This document shows, piece by piece, positions 24,801 through 36,701 of a DNA stretch of 64,000 nt (position 1 is the first letter of the stretch; every line of letters begins with the position of its first letter). The position numbers and the translations under genes are program-made. The notes under the pieces are model-generated. The model was not told the DNA's origin and did no database searches. It saw nothing but the letters and a program-made list of their open reading frames with translations. Source of the stretch: Dipteris shenzhenensis (taxonomy: Eukaryota); assembly GCA_047967505.1 (NCBI GenBank), contig CM106538.1; one strand, given 5' to 3'.

Positions 24801-26298
24801 ATTCAGGCAAGATGGGATACCGATTGTGGGATCCAGAGGCTAGGAAGATAGTATGTAGCCATGATATTATCTTTAATGAGGAAAAGATGCACAAGAAGCT
24901 AGAAAAGACTGTTGAGATATGTAGAGTGGTGTTTCAAGAGGATGGACAACCACCATATGAGAGGCATGCACAATCTGTTCCACATCATGCAGGGCATGGA
25001 GAGACCATAGATCGTGAGGTGGGAGAGCCACATCTAGGTGGACAACCTCAAGTTATGCAGGAAAATCAGTTGGGACAGCAAGATGCTCATGGTGAGCAAG
25101 TGTTGAGACATTCCACTAGAGTCTCACGACCTCCACAGAGATATGCTCCATCTCTAGATTATGTCATGTTGATAGATTGTGGTGAGCCTTTATGCTTTGA
25201 GGATGCTATGTCTAGGAATGACAAGCATAAGTGGGAGAAGGCTATGCAGTCACAGATGGATTCTTTGATGAAGAATGCTACTTGGGATTTGGTTTATTTG
25301 CCCAAAGGAAAGCATGCATTGCCATGCAAATGGATTTACAAGGAGTACATTATGAGAACAGAGATTGGTTCTTTTAAAGATTGACAAAAGGCATATAAAG
25401 ACAATCCAAGGAAATACCAAGTTTGTAAAGCTAGCAGTAAAATACTATGGACCTTTCTAGGTTTCAAAGGTTATACATCCAGAAGGAACTCCAACATCAT
25501 ATAGGTTGACATTGCCTACTACCAGCTGGAGGATGAATAATGGTTTCCATGTTAGCATCCTGAAGCCATTTAAAGGTGAACCACTGGTGAGGCCTATTGA
25601 AGAAGAAGAAGAACCAAAACTTGAAGATGGGGTAGAATTACTTGTTCCAGAATGAATACTATTCCATGAGGTCAGGAGTATCAGGAATAGACAGAGATCT
25701 TGATATTTGGTAAAGTTTAAAGGATATCCTATGGAAGATGGTCAATGGTTTGATGAAGATCACTTGAAGGATTACCTCGCACTTGTTCAAGATTATTTGA
25801 AGGCACACAGATCAGGACACCTACTTCTCTAAGCAAAGCATGTCATGACATGATTCTTTGTATTAGATCCTAGTGGATCATTCTAGGGAATCTGGCGATT
25901 ACCCTATGATTGTAACATTGTAAATTGGCCAATTGAATATAATAAAATATGCATGTATGAATTAGGTCCTAGGATGGTTAGGAAAGGGTAGTATTGTGCA
26001 TGGGTATTGCATTAATCAATGGTAGGCATAAAGAGTCATAGGCTAAGGGTAGAATAATGGGGTATTCCCAAGGGATATGATCCCAAGAGGCATGAGGGTT
26101 TCACCCTCTCATGTCATTCATGGTGTGTGAGTATGGGCATCTGCATGCATGTGGATTGTGGCTTGAGATGAGCATGTAGGAGAGTCTAGCAAAAATACAA
26201 TCACATGGACACTCCTTCCACCCCATTTGGAGGGCCAATCTGCCTCAATTTATGCATCATCTACACACATGTGCATCCCTGCATTCAAGAACATGACA
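21860..26298 (+). mobile_element. Nested chromovirus-type Ty3/gypsy element, internally deleted and carrying a copia pol fragment
   Basis: LTRs 21860-22296 and 25841-26298 (TGTCA...TGACA). Perfect tRNA-iMet PBS TGGTATCAGAGCCA at 22299. TSD agtcg/agtgg. Gypsy gag at 23644-24500 and protease start (IIILMDDG). 3' end has KYYGPF/YRLTLP/FHVSILKPF and a chromodomain (YLVKFKGYPMEDGQWFDE, ~25700-25760). Confidence 0.88.
24722..25345 (+). pseudogene. Ty1/copia integrase C-terminus to RT N-terminus fragment
   Basis: KLNPKSRKCIFLGY...GYRLWDP...IVCSHDIIFNE, then EPLCFEDAM...WEKAMQSQMDSLMKNATWDLV.LPKGKHALPCKWIYK. These are diagnostic copia motifs. Confidence 0.9.
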
Positions 26299-28528
26299 AG
26301 TGGAACTTAAGAACATATTCTTCGAGAGCACAAGCATCATATCATCTGCATAGAAAAGCAAGAGTATAATGGGGAATATGAGCTTCATGACTGAGTACTT
26401 GTGGTGAAATAAACATATTCAAAACTTTTAGGCAAGTATAAAAGCCCCAAGTTTTGACTGCTTGGTCAACTATCTTTGACCAAAATATGAAGAAATCTGC
26501 CTACTGTAGAGATAGAGATTGGCTAGAGGGTGAAATTTGCCTTGATTAAAGAGGCTATGAAGGAGCTTTTAGTGTCAAAAGAAGCCCCTATTAGTGGACA
26601 ATATCTATACTAGAGGATGCTTAGAAATATGTGCTAGTCGTTGGTGAGAACTACTTCAAAATCGATTGGGTTTTCTTTGATTTTTCCTTTTTTTGTGGAC
26701 CAAATGCACTCAAACTTGAATAGGAGCTAGCTCATAAGGTCGCCCTGCCTCCCCTAAGAGGAATTAGAGAGATTTGTCTCCACAGTAGCTTGCAATTGGC
26801 AAAATGGCATGGATTGAGTATAGTGTCAGCACGGGCGGATGATGCGAGCATTTGTCAATTCCTCCTAGCAAGAGGTTTGCCCTAGCATGGAGATACTTTA
26901 GCTCATAGGACATGGGAAATGGCTTGAATAATGGGGAGAACAAGGCTAAGCAAATTTCATGGAAGAGAATGAAGAAAAAGCTTCATTTGGGGAAGATGAT
27001 GACATGGCACTGAATGTAAGTCTTAAGGAGGACGTGGTGGCCCTAATACCACATGTTGGATCATGGCTAAGCAGCAAGATGGGAGTGGAACAACCAAAAT
27101 ATCTCTTGTACTTTATTCAATGAGATAAGGCCAATATATAGGCACTTGATACAGCATCTCTCAATTACACCACACTCCTAGATTCACTCATTCACAATCT
27201 ACTAACTAACACATCATCAATCACACCTAACTCAAGCACACCTACACACACACATGCGTTCACACACTCACTCATGTGATCACACTCACAATAACAAACT
27301 TTGTAATCCTTTGGATTGACCCTAGTACATCAATTTGTCCCATCAAATCCATTCTCCAAGACTCATAGTTTGGAATTTAAAAGGCATCCAAAGTCGGGAT
27401 ATGGGGTTTAGACCATGATCAAGACCCCAAATTTGACAGGACATGTAGCAGACATAGGGAAGAAGATATACGCAAGAATGCTATAATTCTTGGCCAGTCC
27501 ACCAATCCACCAGTTCTTCCTTTAAAGGTCCTGCATAGAGTTAGGCATTGCAACAGTGGTGCTATTTCCAAAATGTGTTAGCATCTCTACCTGGCCTCTA
27601 TGCATCTCGCTTGCTTGCATAGCCATTGACTGTTAACCGATTGCAATAACCAAGCAACCCCGCATGTCCATTTCCAACAAACCGAACTAGCTCATGCATT
27701 GTATGGAAAGGAGGCCTCTTTTGGTTGGCAAGATCTAAAGGATACAAGGATCGTTCTATCGAGAGGTCGAGATGCTTCTTTCCTTGCGAACGTAGACTGT
27801 GGATTTTAGAAGCTCCCCTCAATCCCAGACTACGTGTGCTTGCATATTCATCCTCCAACTCTAAGTGAACCTGGTACTTGTTGGAGACGTCCTTAAATAG
27901 TGCCATGACTAAAGGAGTGTAGAGAAGGAGAAGATGTGGAGATGCAGGCTTGAAGGAGCAACACGTGGGAAGAGGGAGGGCAAGGAGGAGGAGGGATGGG
28001 GGAGGGAGGACCAGTAGTTGAAGAGGAGGGAAGGGGGGTAGACCAGCAGGTGTGGAGGGTGAGGAGGAGTAGGCATGGTGGAGGAGGGAGGGAGGAGGGA
28101 GGAGCCAAAGGGAGGGGGGAGGAGGAGCAGTGATGGAGGAGGAGGGAGGGGGAGGGAAGGAGGAGTAGGGATGGAGGAGAGAGGGAGGGGGAGGGCAGGA
28201 GGAGTAGGCATGGAGGAGGGAGGGAGGGAGGGGGAGGAGAAGGGGGAGGGAGTGAAGAGGGGGAGGGGGAGGAAGGGGGGGGAGGGGGAGGAGGGAGGGA
28301 GGGAGGGGGACGAGGAGGGAGGGGGAGGAGGGAGTGAGGAGGGGGAGTGAGGGAGGGGGAGGGAGGAGGGGGAGGGAGGGAGGGAGGGAGGAGATAGGAG
28401 GGAGGGAATTCAAAATTTAAATTTTGAATTTTGAATTTTTTGGTTCCCACCTAGGAGTAAGAGTTGTGTAAGAGGTGTAGGAGGTGGGGTCACTTTTGGG
28501 CTTAACCCACTGAGTGGAGGGGTGGTGT

Positions 28529-28576
<48 letters not shown>

Positions 28577-28654
28577 TGACATATGGTTGTACACACTTAC
28601 AAGGGCTACTTTCGTACAACTATACATAGGCTTTATTCACAGTTAGTACGGAAT

Positions 28655-31600
28655 GTGTATGAACTGAACACATGAGTGTCTTCTAGACTCACAAATTTGG
28701 AAGGAAAAAGAGATTAAGCCAAGTCATACTTACTTGGAGAATCTTGTGCCAATCATGAGATTTCAAGACGTATAATTTCTCTACACCTCTTTTCTTTCTC
28801 TTTGTGAAGGCCCCCTTCAAACACCTCATGCATCTAGTGGGAGTATGAATTGTAGTGATAGCCCGCTTCACCACCACCATCTCTTTCTTTGATAACACCC
28901 ATGATAATGCATGGGGTAAAAAGACACACTCATTTGGTCTCTCTTGTGGCCAAGCTTCATGCACCCTCTCTCCCTGTTGTGCATAGATCCTCCCTTATGC
29001 TCAGGAATCTCGTATCCCAATCAAATGATCCCAAATGGTAGATGCCACATTCTTGAAGATATGCATGGGATCAAGTAGGTGATTGATCTTGAGGTAGGAC
29101 CAATATGGTAGCCAATAAAATATGGAATATCTAAACAAAAGATGGTGTTAGCGTGCAATCTTTATTTCCATTCAATATAGCATACAATAGTTACAAGTCC
29201 TTACCGGCTCATGCCATGTGGAGGAGTCGTGGAAAGGTCCCAGATTTGCTTACAATCTCCTGTAGTGAGTGACTATGAAGGAACTTCATTCCAATCTCCT
29301 ATAGTGAGTGACCGTGGAGGGACTTCATTCCAAGAGGTGACATATCTAGGATGATCAAGTGAGAGAAATTGATGGTGATTCATGAAGATGCCCTTCTTCA
29401 AGTCCTCTGGCCATGAAGCACCTAGCAAAGGACCACAAACAAGACATGATGCATGGTAACTTGATATAGTGAGACATAAACAATAGATACAGTTGCATAA
29501 GCAAGGTGGATTCTCAATGCCACATCAATTGCCTACTCATAATTAAAATCTCAATGCTTACCTGAACACTCGCCATAGCCTGGGAAGTCATGCATCAACT
29601 CTTCCTCCCTTTTTTGTTTCTCTTCTTTCTTTCTTCTCTTTTCTTCTATGCTCTTATTATCTTCTTCTCTTCTCTTCTAATCCTCCTCTCTTCTTCTCCT
29701 CTTCTCTTCTTCTCTTCTTCTCCTCTTGTCCTCCTTTATTTTCTTCTTTCTCCTCTTCTATTCTTTTTTGTTCTTCTTCTTTCTCTTTTTACTCTTATTC
29801 ACTTCCTATTTTCTCTTCTTTTCTCTCTTCTTCTTTCTCTTATTACTCATAGAGTGTCTATGTATATCCTAGTCTGAATGCTCTACTCATTTCTTGTGTA
29901 TATGCCTTTGTGTCTTTGTGTATTTGCAGTTCATCATGTGGCTAGGAAGCTCTTCATGTTTGCCTGATCCTCAAGATGCATTCTTGCAATAATAATATAG
30001 CATTTTGAGGCACCCTCCCACTCCACAGTCGTTATATACCTACATGAAAAGCACTCAAAACACCCCGCAAGAGTCGAGAGTACAGAATCCAAACCACCCC
30101 ACACCCAAACCACCTGTGGTCATCCCTCGGTCACCCCAATGAAGTCCAGACAACCTAGTAGAAGGCAGAGCTGCCAGCCTACTCCCATGCAGTCAGGAGC
30201 CCCTTCAAGATCACAAAGCCGCCCACCTACTCCCATGCAATTAGGAGCCCTTTTTTAGATCACAAAGCCACATACCTACTCTCGTGTAGTCAGGAGCCCC
30301 TTCTGCAGAGGTGAGTGCCCATCGTAGTAGCTCGTCTCACAATATAGCAGTAGGCATAGTAGCAAGGAGAGTGGCCATAGAGTATTCATGGCACACTGCT
30401 TTTGTGGTGGGGATGATTTAGATATAGAGGTGCTAGAGGGTAATGGTACGATATGTACTATGATATCACTGAGACGGGCAGCATCTTGCAGGATTCACGG
30501 GGGAAGGAAGTGATGTCCTTCATGCACTCTGTAGTTCATAAGAACTACAGAGATTGCTTTACGAATTTCAAAGAGCAAAAATAAAGTTTGGCTGTTGTGG
30601 ATACCATCAAGAGTTTACATAGCAGGTATCCCAATCCAGAATACCATGAATACATTCACACATGGGCAAAGACAAAGATTACCAGTATCCTTGCCAAAAA
30701 GAGGTATTTGCTAAAGACGCAGGCACTGGCCGAGATTGAGAGGAGAGAAGGAGGACAACCACCAAGTCGGGGCCAACCACACACCGCTCATAAGCGCGAG
30801 TGGAAGAAAGCCATGAAGTTAGTGAAACAGGACCGCAGTCTTAGCACAGAGATGCATGACAGATCCAGATGGAGATGGAGCAATATGGATCCTTGCATTT
30901 CGAAGCAAGGAGTATTGCATCATGGGAGGCCTAATTTGTAAGTATTGATCTCAAATTATATTGTGTTTATGTGGTTTATTAGGAGGTTGTTCCTTTATTC
31001 TAACTCATCTGCAAATTTAATCATCTTACAGCTTGATATCGTGGGCAGATACCCTGCTTGAGATAAACTATCATCGTGGACATGCCAGGGGATCTACTTG
31101 GAGGCACTTCTATGATGAGGGGTTGATACTAAGGAGTAGTATAGCCGAGCTACCGGAACACCCATGCAGGTATTTAAAAGTACTTAAGAAATGTCAATGT
31201 TGTAAATTTGTCTTGATATTTCATACATTGATACATGTTTTCCCTCGTTTATAGGCTCTTGGGGGTATTGAGGAGGAAGAAGGCGACAAAGAAGGCTCCG
31301 AGGGTGGTGGGAGTGGTGATGGGAATGATAACGAGGATGCCTCTAATTAGTCATAGAACTTGTGCTAGCTAGCTAGTATTCTTTTTTGTACTTGAAACCA
31401 TAGGTAATGAGGATGCCTCCGATTCGTCATAAAAGTAGTACTAGAACTATGACAAAATATGAAGAGAGGAGAGAACAAGAGTGGAGATGAGGAGAGATGA
31501 CAAATGACTAACTGTACACTAGATTTAGTTGAAAAAATAGAATATATACAAACCCTTTTAGGGTTAGGGTTAGGGGATCTAACCCTTTCCTTTATAGCAC

Positions 31601-34600
31601 TCTATAAGGTTAGTGCTATGCACATATGATCACGTGATGGTGCTATGCACACATGATCACATGATGTTGAGCATGAACTCTCAACACTTTCCCCCAAGAT
31701 CAACATCATGAAGTAGGCCTTCCCTCAAGATGATGATTCTGGGGAATCGAAGAAGGACTGAGCATTACATTCCATCACACCCCTTTAATGGGAATGTCCT
31801 TCCTCTACGTCAAACCAAGAGCTAGTTGATGTTTCTCGAATAGCTCTTTACCGAGTGGTTTGGTAAAGATGTCTACAACATTTTCTTTGCTATCACAATG
31901 CTGCAATGTGATGTTACCAAGTAACACTCTTTCTCTGATGAAGTGCTCTCTGACATCAACGTGCTTTGTCCTGGAGTGATATACTGGATTTTTGGCCAAT
32001 GCTTGATTATCACAGTATATTGTTGTTGGCTTTGACTCATCAAAGTAATTTGTTTTAGTCTTCTGAGCCATATAGCCTCACATACACCTGTAGTGAGTGC
32101 TCTATATATTCTGCTTCCACTCGAAGACAAAGAAACAGTTGGTTGTTTGTTTGACAACCATCATATAGCACCTTGACCAAGGAAAAAATGCATATCCCTG
32201 TGTCGATCTCCTAGTCTCATGATCTCTGGCATAGTCACTGTCACAGTATCCATGAAACCATGGATGACTTCCTCTGTATAACAAATATCTAGCCATGTGA
32301 TTGTCAGATATATAAGAGATCCGATGAGCTGCCTATAGTATTTGTCATTGACTGTAGGCTTTTCTAAATCTTTAGTAAGTTTCGAACTCTGTTCCATGAG
32401 AGTGGCTGCAATCTTGCAATCTGCCATATGAAACTTCTTTAGGAGACTGTCAACATACTTAAGCTGACTCATGAATGTGCTATCTAAATCTCTCCAGAAC
32501 TCAATTCCAAGACAATAGTGCATAAGTCCAAGATCTTTCATGTCGAACTCTACAGATAAGTCTTGTTTTAATTTTCTGATGAAGCTATCCTTGCTTCCTG
32601 TCACAATCAGATCATCTACGTACAAAAGTGCAATAGTAATGTCTTCCCCTTGAACTTTGTAGTAGAGAGTATGATCTGCATTAGACTTCATGTATCCCAA
32701 ATCAGCAAATTACTTGTCAATTCTATTGTACCAACTTCTGAGTGCTTGCTTTAAGCCATAGAGGCTTTTCTTGAGATGGCAAACCTTATTCTCCTTTCCT
32801 AGTTCAACATAACCTGCTGGTTGTTGCATGTAGACTTCCTCGTCTAGATAAGCATTGAGAAATGCATTCTTGACATCGAGCTGGTACACATTCCATTTGT
32901 TGAGTGTTGCTAGTGATATCAAGAACCATATGGAATCCATCTTTGCTATTGGAGCATAAGTCTCATCATAGTACTGACCATATTGTTGTGCAAATCCTTT
33001 TGCAACTAATCTGGCTTTATATCTCTAAATACTACCATCTGGATTGTACTTCACTTTGTATACCCATTTGTTTGCTATGGCCTTCTTTCTTGGTGGAAGG
33101 TCGCATAATTCCCGTGTTATTTTTATACAAAGCCTCCATTTCTTCATTCACAGCAGTTTGCCATTCTGGCTTGTCTACTGCGTCTTCGAAGTACACTGGC
33201 TCTTCTGTAGCCATGATGGTAGTCATAAGAGCATAATTGGTGGTTTCCTCCTGAATTTCTTTGCCTTTCTGAGCATATGTCAATCTGGCTAGTGGTCTGC
33301 TTTCCCTAGTAGACCATCTAAGCTGCTGTGGCTCTGCTTGGGGTGTTTCTGGCAATTCTTGCTCTTCTTCATCAACCTGTTCTATAGATGACTGTGAAGT
33401 CAATGCTTCTATCTTCTCTGTAGGTGAGGTTTTCCATTCTGATTCCTCATCAAAGATTACATCTCTGGAGATAATGACTTTGCGGTTGATGGGATCATAC
33501 AATTTGTATGCTTTGCTTTCTTCACAGTAGCCAACCATGATGCATTTGCGTGACTTCGCATCCAATTTTCTGCGATGATCATCATGTATGTGGGCATATG
33601 CTATGCAACCAAATATGCGGAGATGCCCAATGTGTGACTTTTGTCTAGTGAATGCTTCATAAGGAGTCATACCTTGTATCAGTTTGGTAGGAATCCGATT
33701 AAGCAAGTAGTTAGCTGTAGCTATTGCTTCTACCCAATACTGATTTGGAAGATGCTTTTCACTAAGCATTGCTCTAGCACTGTCTGCTAAAGTCCCATTC
33801 TTCCTTTCAACTCTTGCATTCTGTGGAGGAGCCTTCTGCACATGTGAACTGTCTTCGAATGCCGTGATTTCTACAAAAGTTCATGAATGCTGAAGAAATG
33901 TATTCATGTCCTCTGTCTGATCTCATGACCTTGATCTTTCTGCCTGTCTGGTTTTCTACCATGGCTTTGAATGCTTGAAATCTCGAAAACACTTCAGATT
34001 TCTCTTTCAGAAAGTAGACCCAACAATATCTGCTGTAGTCATCGATGAAGGTCAAGTAGTAAAGTGAACCATTGATGCTGTAGGTATGGGCATAACCCCA
34101 TACATTTGTATGTATCAAATCAAGAATACCTCGTGCACGAGAGGTACTTTTGACAAAGTTGGTTCACTTTTGTTTGTCGAAGCAACATGCTTCACAAACT
34201 TTTCCAAGAAACTGTAGCTTCGGAATCCCAATTGCCATATTCTGATTCTTGAGATCTAACAAGTACTTGAAGTTGACATGACCATATCTCTTATGCCATT
34301 TTGCAGATAGTGGCATCTATTGCATTTGAGCTGACATGGTGTGCTTATCTGGTACTGTAGCTAGCATTCTGTATAAGCATCCTTCCTTGACACCTTTTGC
34401 TACTAGCTGACATCTTTTGGATTTGTCTCTGATAGTGCATTCATCACTGTCGAAGATGACTTTGTAGTTGTGTTCTATCATTTGACCTACTGATAAAAGG
34501 TTCTTGTTGAGCTTCGGAACATAGAGCACATCTTTGACTAATCCTTTTGTAATAGTGAAATTGTTCATAGGGATAACACCTGTCCACTGGATTTGGTGTA

Positions 34601-36701
34601 TTGTCCACTGTGTGGATGACATTTTTATGTCCTTCTAATGGCTTCATTTTTGTGAACCATTTCTAATGATTTGTCATATGAGATGATGCACCGCTGTCAA
34701 TGTACCAAGGATCCTGTTCCACTTGGTCGACTTGATAGATGTAATCCTCTTTGGGATTAAAATCAGTGTCTAGGTACACTGTATCAGCCTGATGCAATTC
34801 CTCGCTTGCAAGAAACATATTTCCATGTTCATTTGCAAAATGACTGTGACTAGAATGTCCACCACGATGATTTCCTCTGCCTCGGGAATTCCCTCGATTA
34901 CTACTGGATTGACCGCCTTGGTCGTACTGCTTCTTGCAGCAATCTCTTTCATAGTGTCCAAACTTGTGATAGTAGTTGCACTGAATGTTTGGCACATTAG
35001 TGGATGCATTTCCTCGTCCTTGGAATCTTCCTCGATTGGAATGATTTCCTCTTTGTTGCTGATTCTGATGTTGCTGAGGATGATGCTAATGCTGATGCTG
35101 ATTTTGACTTTGATTTTGTTGATGATGACCACTTTTCTGGTATGATCTACCTCTGCCTTTGCCTTTGCCTCTGCTTCTGTCTGAAGCTATGAATGCCTGA
35201 TCATTACTCGATCATTAGAATGACCTTTACGTGTTTGAATGGCCTAAGTCCTGAGTTCTTCACCAAGTAGAATTATGGCTTAGATTGGCAACTTGGGGAA
35301 ATTCAAAGCGTCCCCTCTATGGCGATCTAGTCTACTCTGATCTAGATCTAAACCAAACATCGATCGATGAAAGAACAGCAAATAATTCCTTTTCTTTTGT
35401 TCTTTTTAAGTGCTAGGTCAAATGCATCGATGTAGAGGCAAATGTGCGTGAAGGAAGTGGTTTTGTCGGCGAGGCTCAAATGTGACTGTAACTTGCACCA
35501 AAATGTGTGCATGATGTGACAAGCGCGTAGAGCACAAAAAAATGAGCGACTTTCCTTTTTGGAACACCCTCAAATTCTTCCTGGATCAAGAGATATGACT
35601 TGATCTAGGTGGAGGGGCAAAAGGAGTACAAATGGTGCTCAATGATGATGTGTCACTGTGAGTCACATGCAGTGATGATGTGGCATTGTGCCTAGCAAGT
35701 GGTGTGCTAGTGAATCTCTGTGTTGAGGTGGCAGAAGTGGTCACATGTAGTGACTGTGAAGCACTATGTGTGCCTGCAGAGGTCAGTGTGCCACGTGGAG
35801 ATAGAAACCTCTCAATCTCTCAATCTCTCTGTCTCACAAGAAGGGTGGTGCCTCAGCGGAAGGCAAAACCATGCTCTGATATCATGACAAAATATGAAGA
35901 GTGGAGAGGAGAAGAGTGGAGATGAGGAGAGAGGGCACAGCTAGAGAGCACACCACAAATGACTAACTGTACACTAGATTTAGTTGAAAAAATAGAATAT
36001 ATACAAACCCTTTTAGGGTTAGGGTTAGGGGATCTAACCCTTTCCTTTATAGCACTCTATAAGGTTAGTGCTATGCACATATGATCACGTGATGGTGCTA
36101 TGCACACATGATCACATGATGTTGAGCGTGAACTCTCAACAAACTAGTGCTAGCTAGCTAGTATTCTTTTTTGTACTTGAAGCCACAGGTGGCTTGGCTT
36201 TGTGCTATATGTATATACAAACACTTTTTGGGCCATGAATTAATATACACTTCTGTTATTTTTTTGGCATTCAATTTCCTTGTGCAATGTTTTATCCATG
36301 AATGCTTTGTGATGTAAAATTTTTTTGGAGTTATAATGTTTTATTCGGAATTATAATCATCGGCTTGTATATGACTTCAAATTCCAGTACTTCGTCCCTT
36401 AACTCGTTTAATAATATATAACAAATTGCCAATAGCTATGGACATGCATGGAATTGTGCAGATTAAAATGTTGTTGGCTGAGGGAATTCCGTTCCACTCT
36501 GTAGAAATGGGATTCCTGCAACCACACAACGTTCTTTAAAAAAAATAAAATTATGTAGAGCATCTATAAGTGTGTGTATGAGTACGTCTATAAGTGCATC
36601 CTGCTGTTATATAGATGCGCATTTAGATGCATCCATCACTTTTTAATTTAAATCAAAAAATGCATCTAAAAACATGCCTATGGTCCCTTTTCCTTGTTGT
36701 G
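28655..36701. mobile_element. Partial En/Spm (CACTA-superfamily) element related to 53298-61286, internally deleted and interrupted by a copia element
   Basis: 28689-29595 aligns by eye to 55518-56393 (minus-strand transposase exons and introns). 29930-31440 and 36142-36700 align to ~58845-61280 (plus-strand ORF2 and right end). The right terminus ...CCTTGTTGTG at 36701 reads CACAACAAGG on minus. No left terminus found. Confidence 0.8.
31450..36141 (-). mobile_element. Ty1/copia LTR retrotransposon with both LTRs and decayed coding region
   Basis: LTRs 31450-31686 and 35885-36141 (TGAC...CAACA), perfect 5-bp TSD AACTA. PBS tgatatcagagc (35873-35884, minus) and PPT at ~31687-31697. Domain order: zinc knuckle, protease (WYIDSGASSHMT), integrase (FIDDYSR; RSDRGHEY; ERKNGTL), RT (QLDVKNAFL; LKKSLYGLKQA; LLYVDDLIV), RNaseH (YCDNQ; RTKHVDVREHFIRE; DIFTKPL), split by frameshifts and stops. 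Most of gag appears deleted. Confidence 0.93.

Larger units (their letters stand above)
20988..27345 (-). mobile_element. Small non-autonomous LTR element (~1.9 kb excluding the nested insert)
   Basis: Direct repeats 20988-21325 and 27054-27345 (TGTTGG...CCCATCA). PBS-like tggtattagggc on minus at ~27040-27051. G-rich PPT on minus at ~21326-21335. TSD aatct/aatcc. Confidence 0.85.

Noticed and set aside
27893-28450. Extensin/proline-rich-looking ORFs
   Set aside because: Translation of a GGA/GGG polypurine tract; open in several frames, with no signal peptide or regular SP4 repeat.
29590-29877. Hydrophobic 95-aa 'membrane protein' ORF
   Set aside because: Translation of a TTC/CT microsatellite-like tract at the deletion junction of the CACTA copy.
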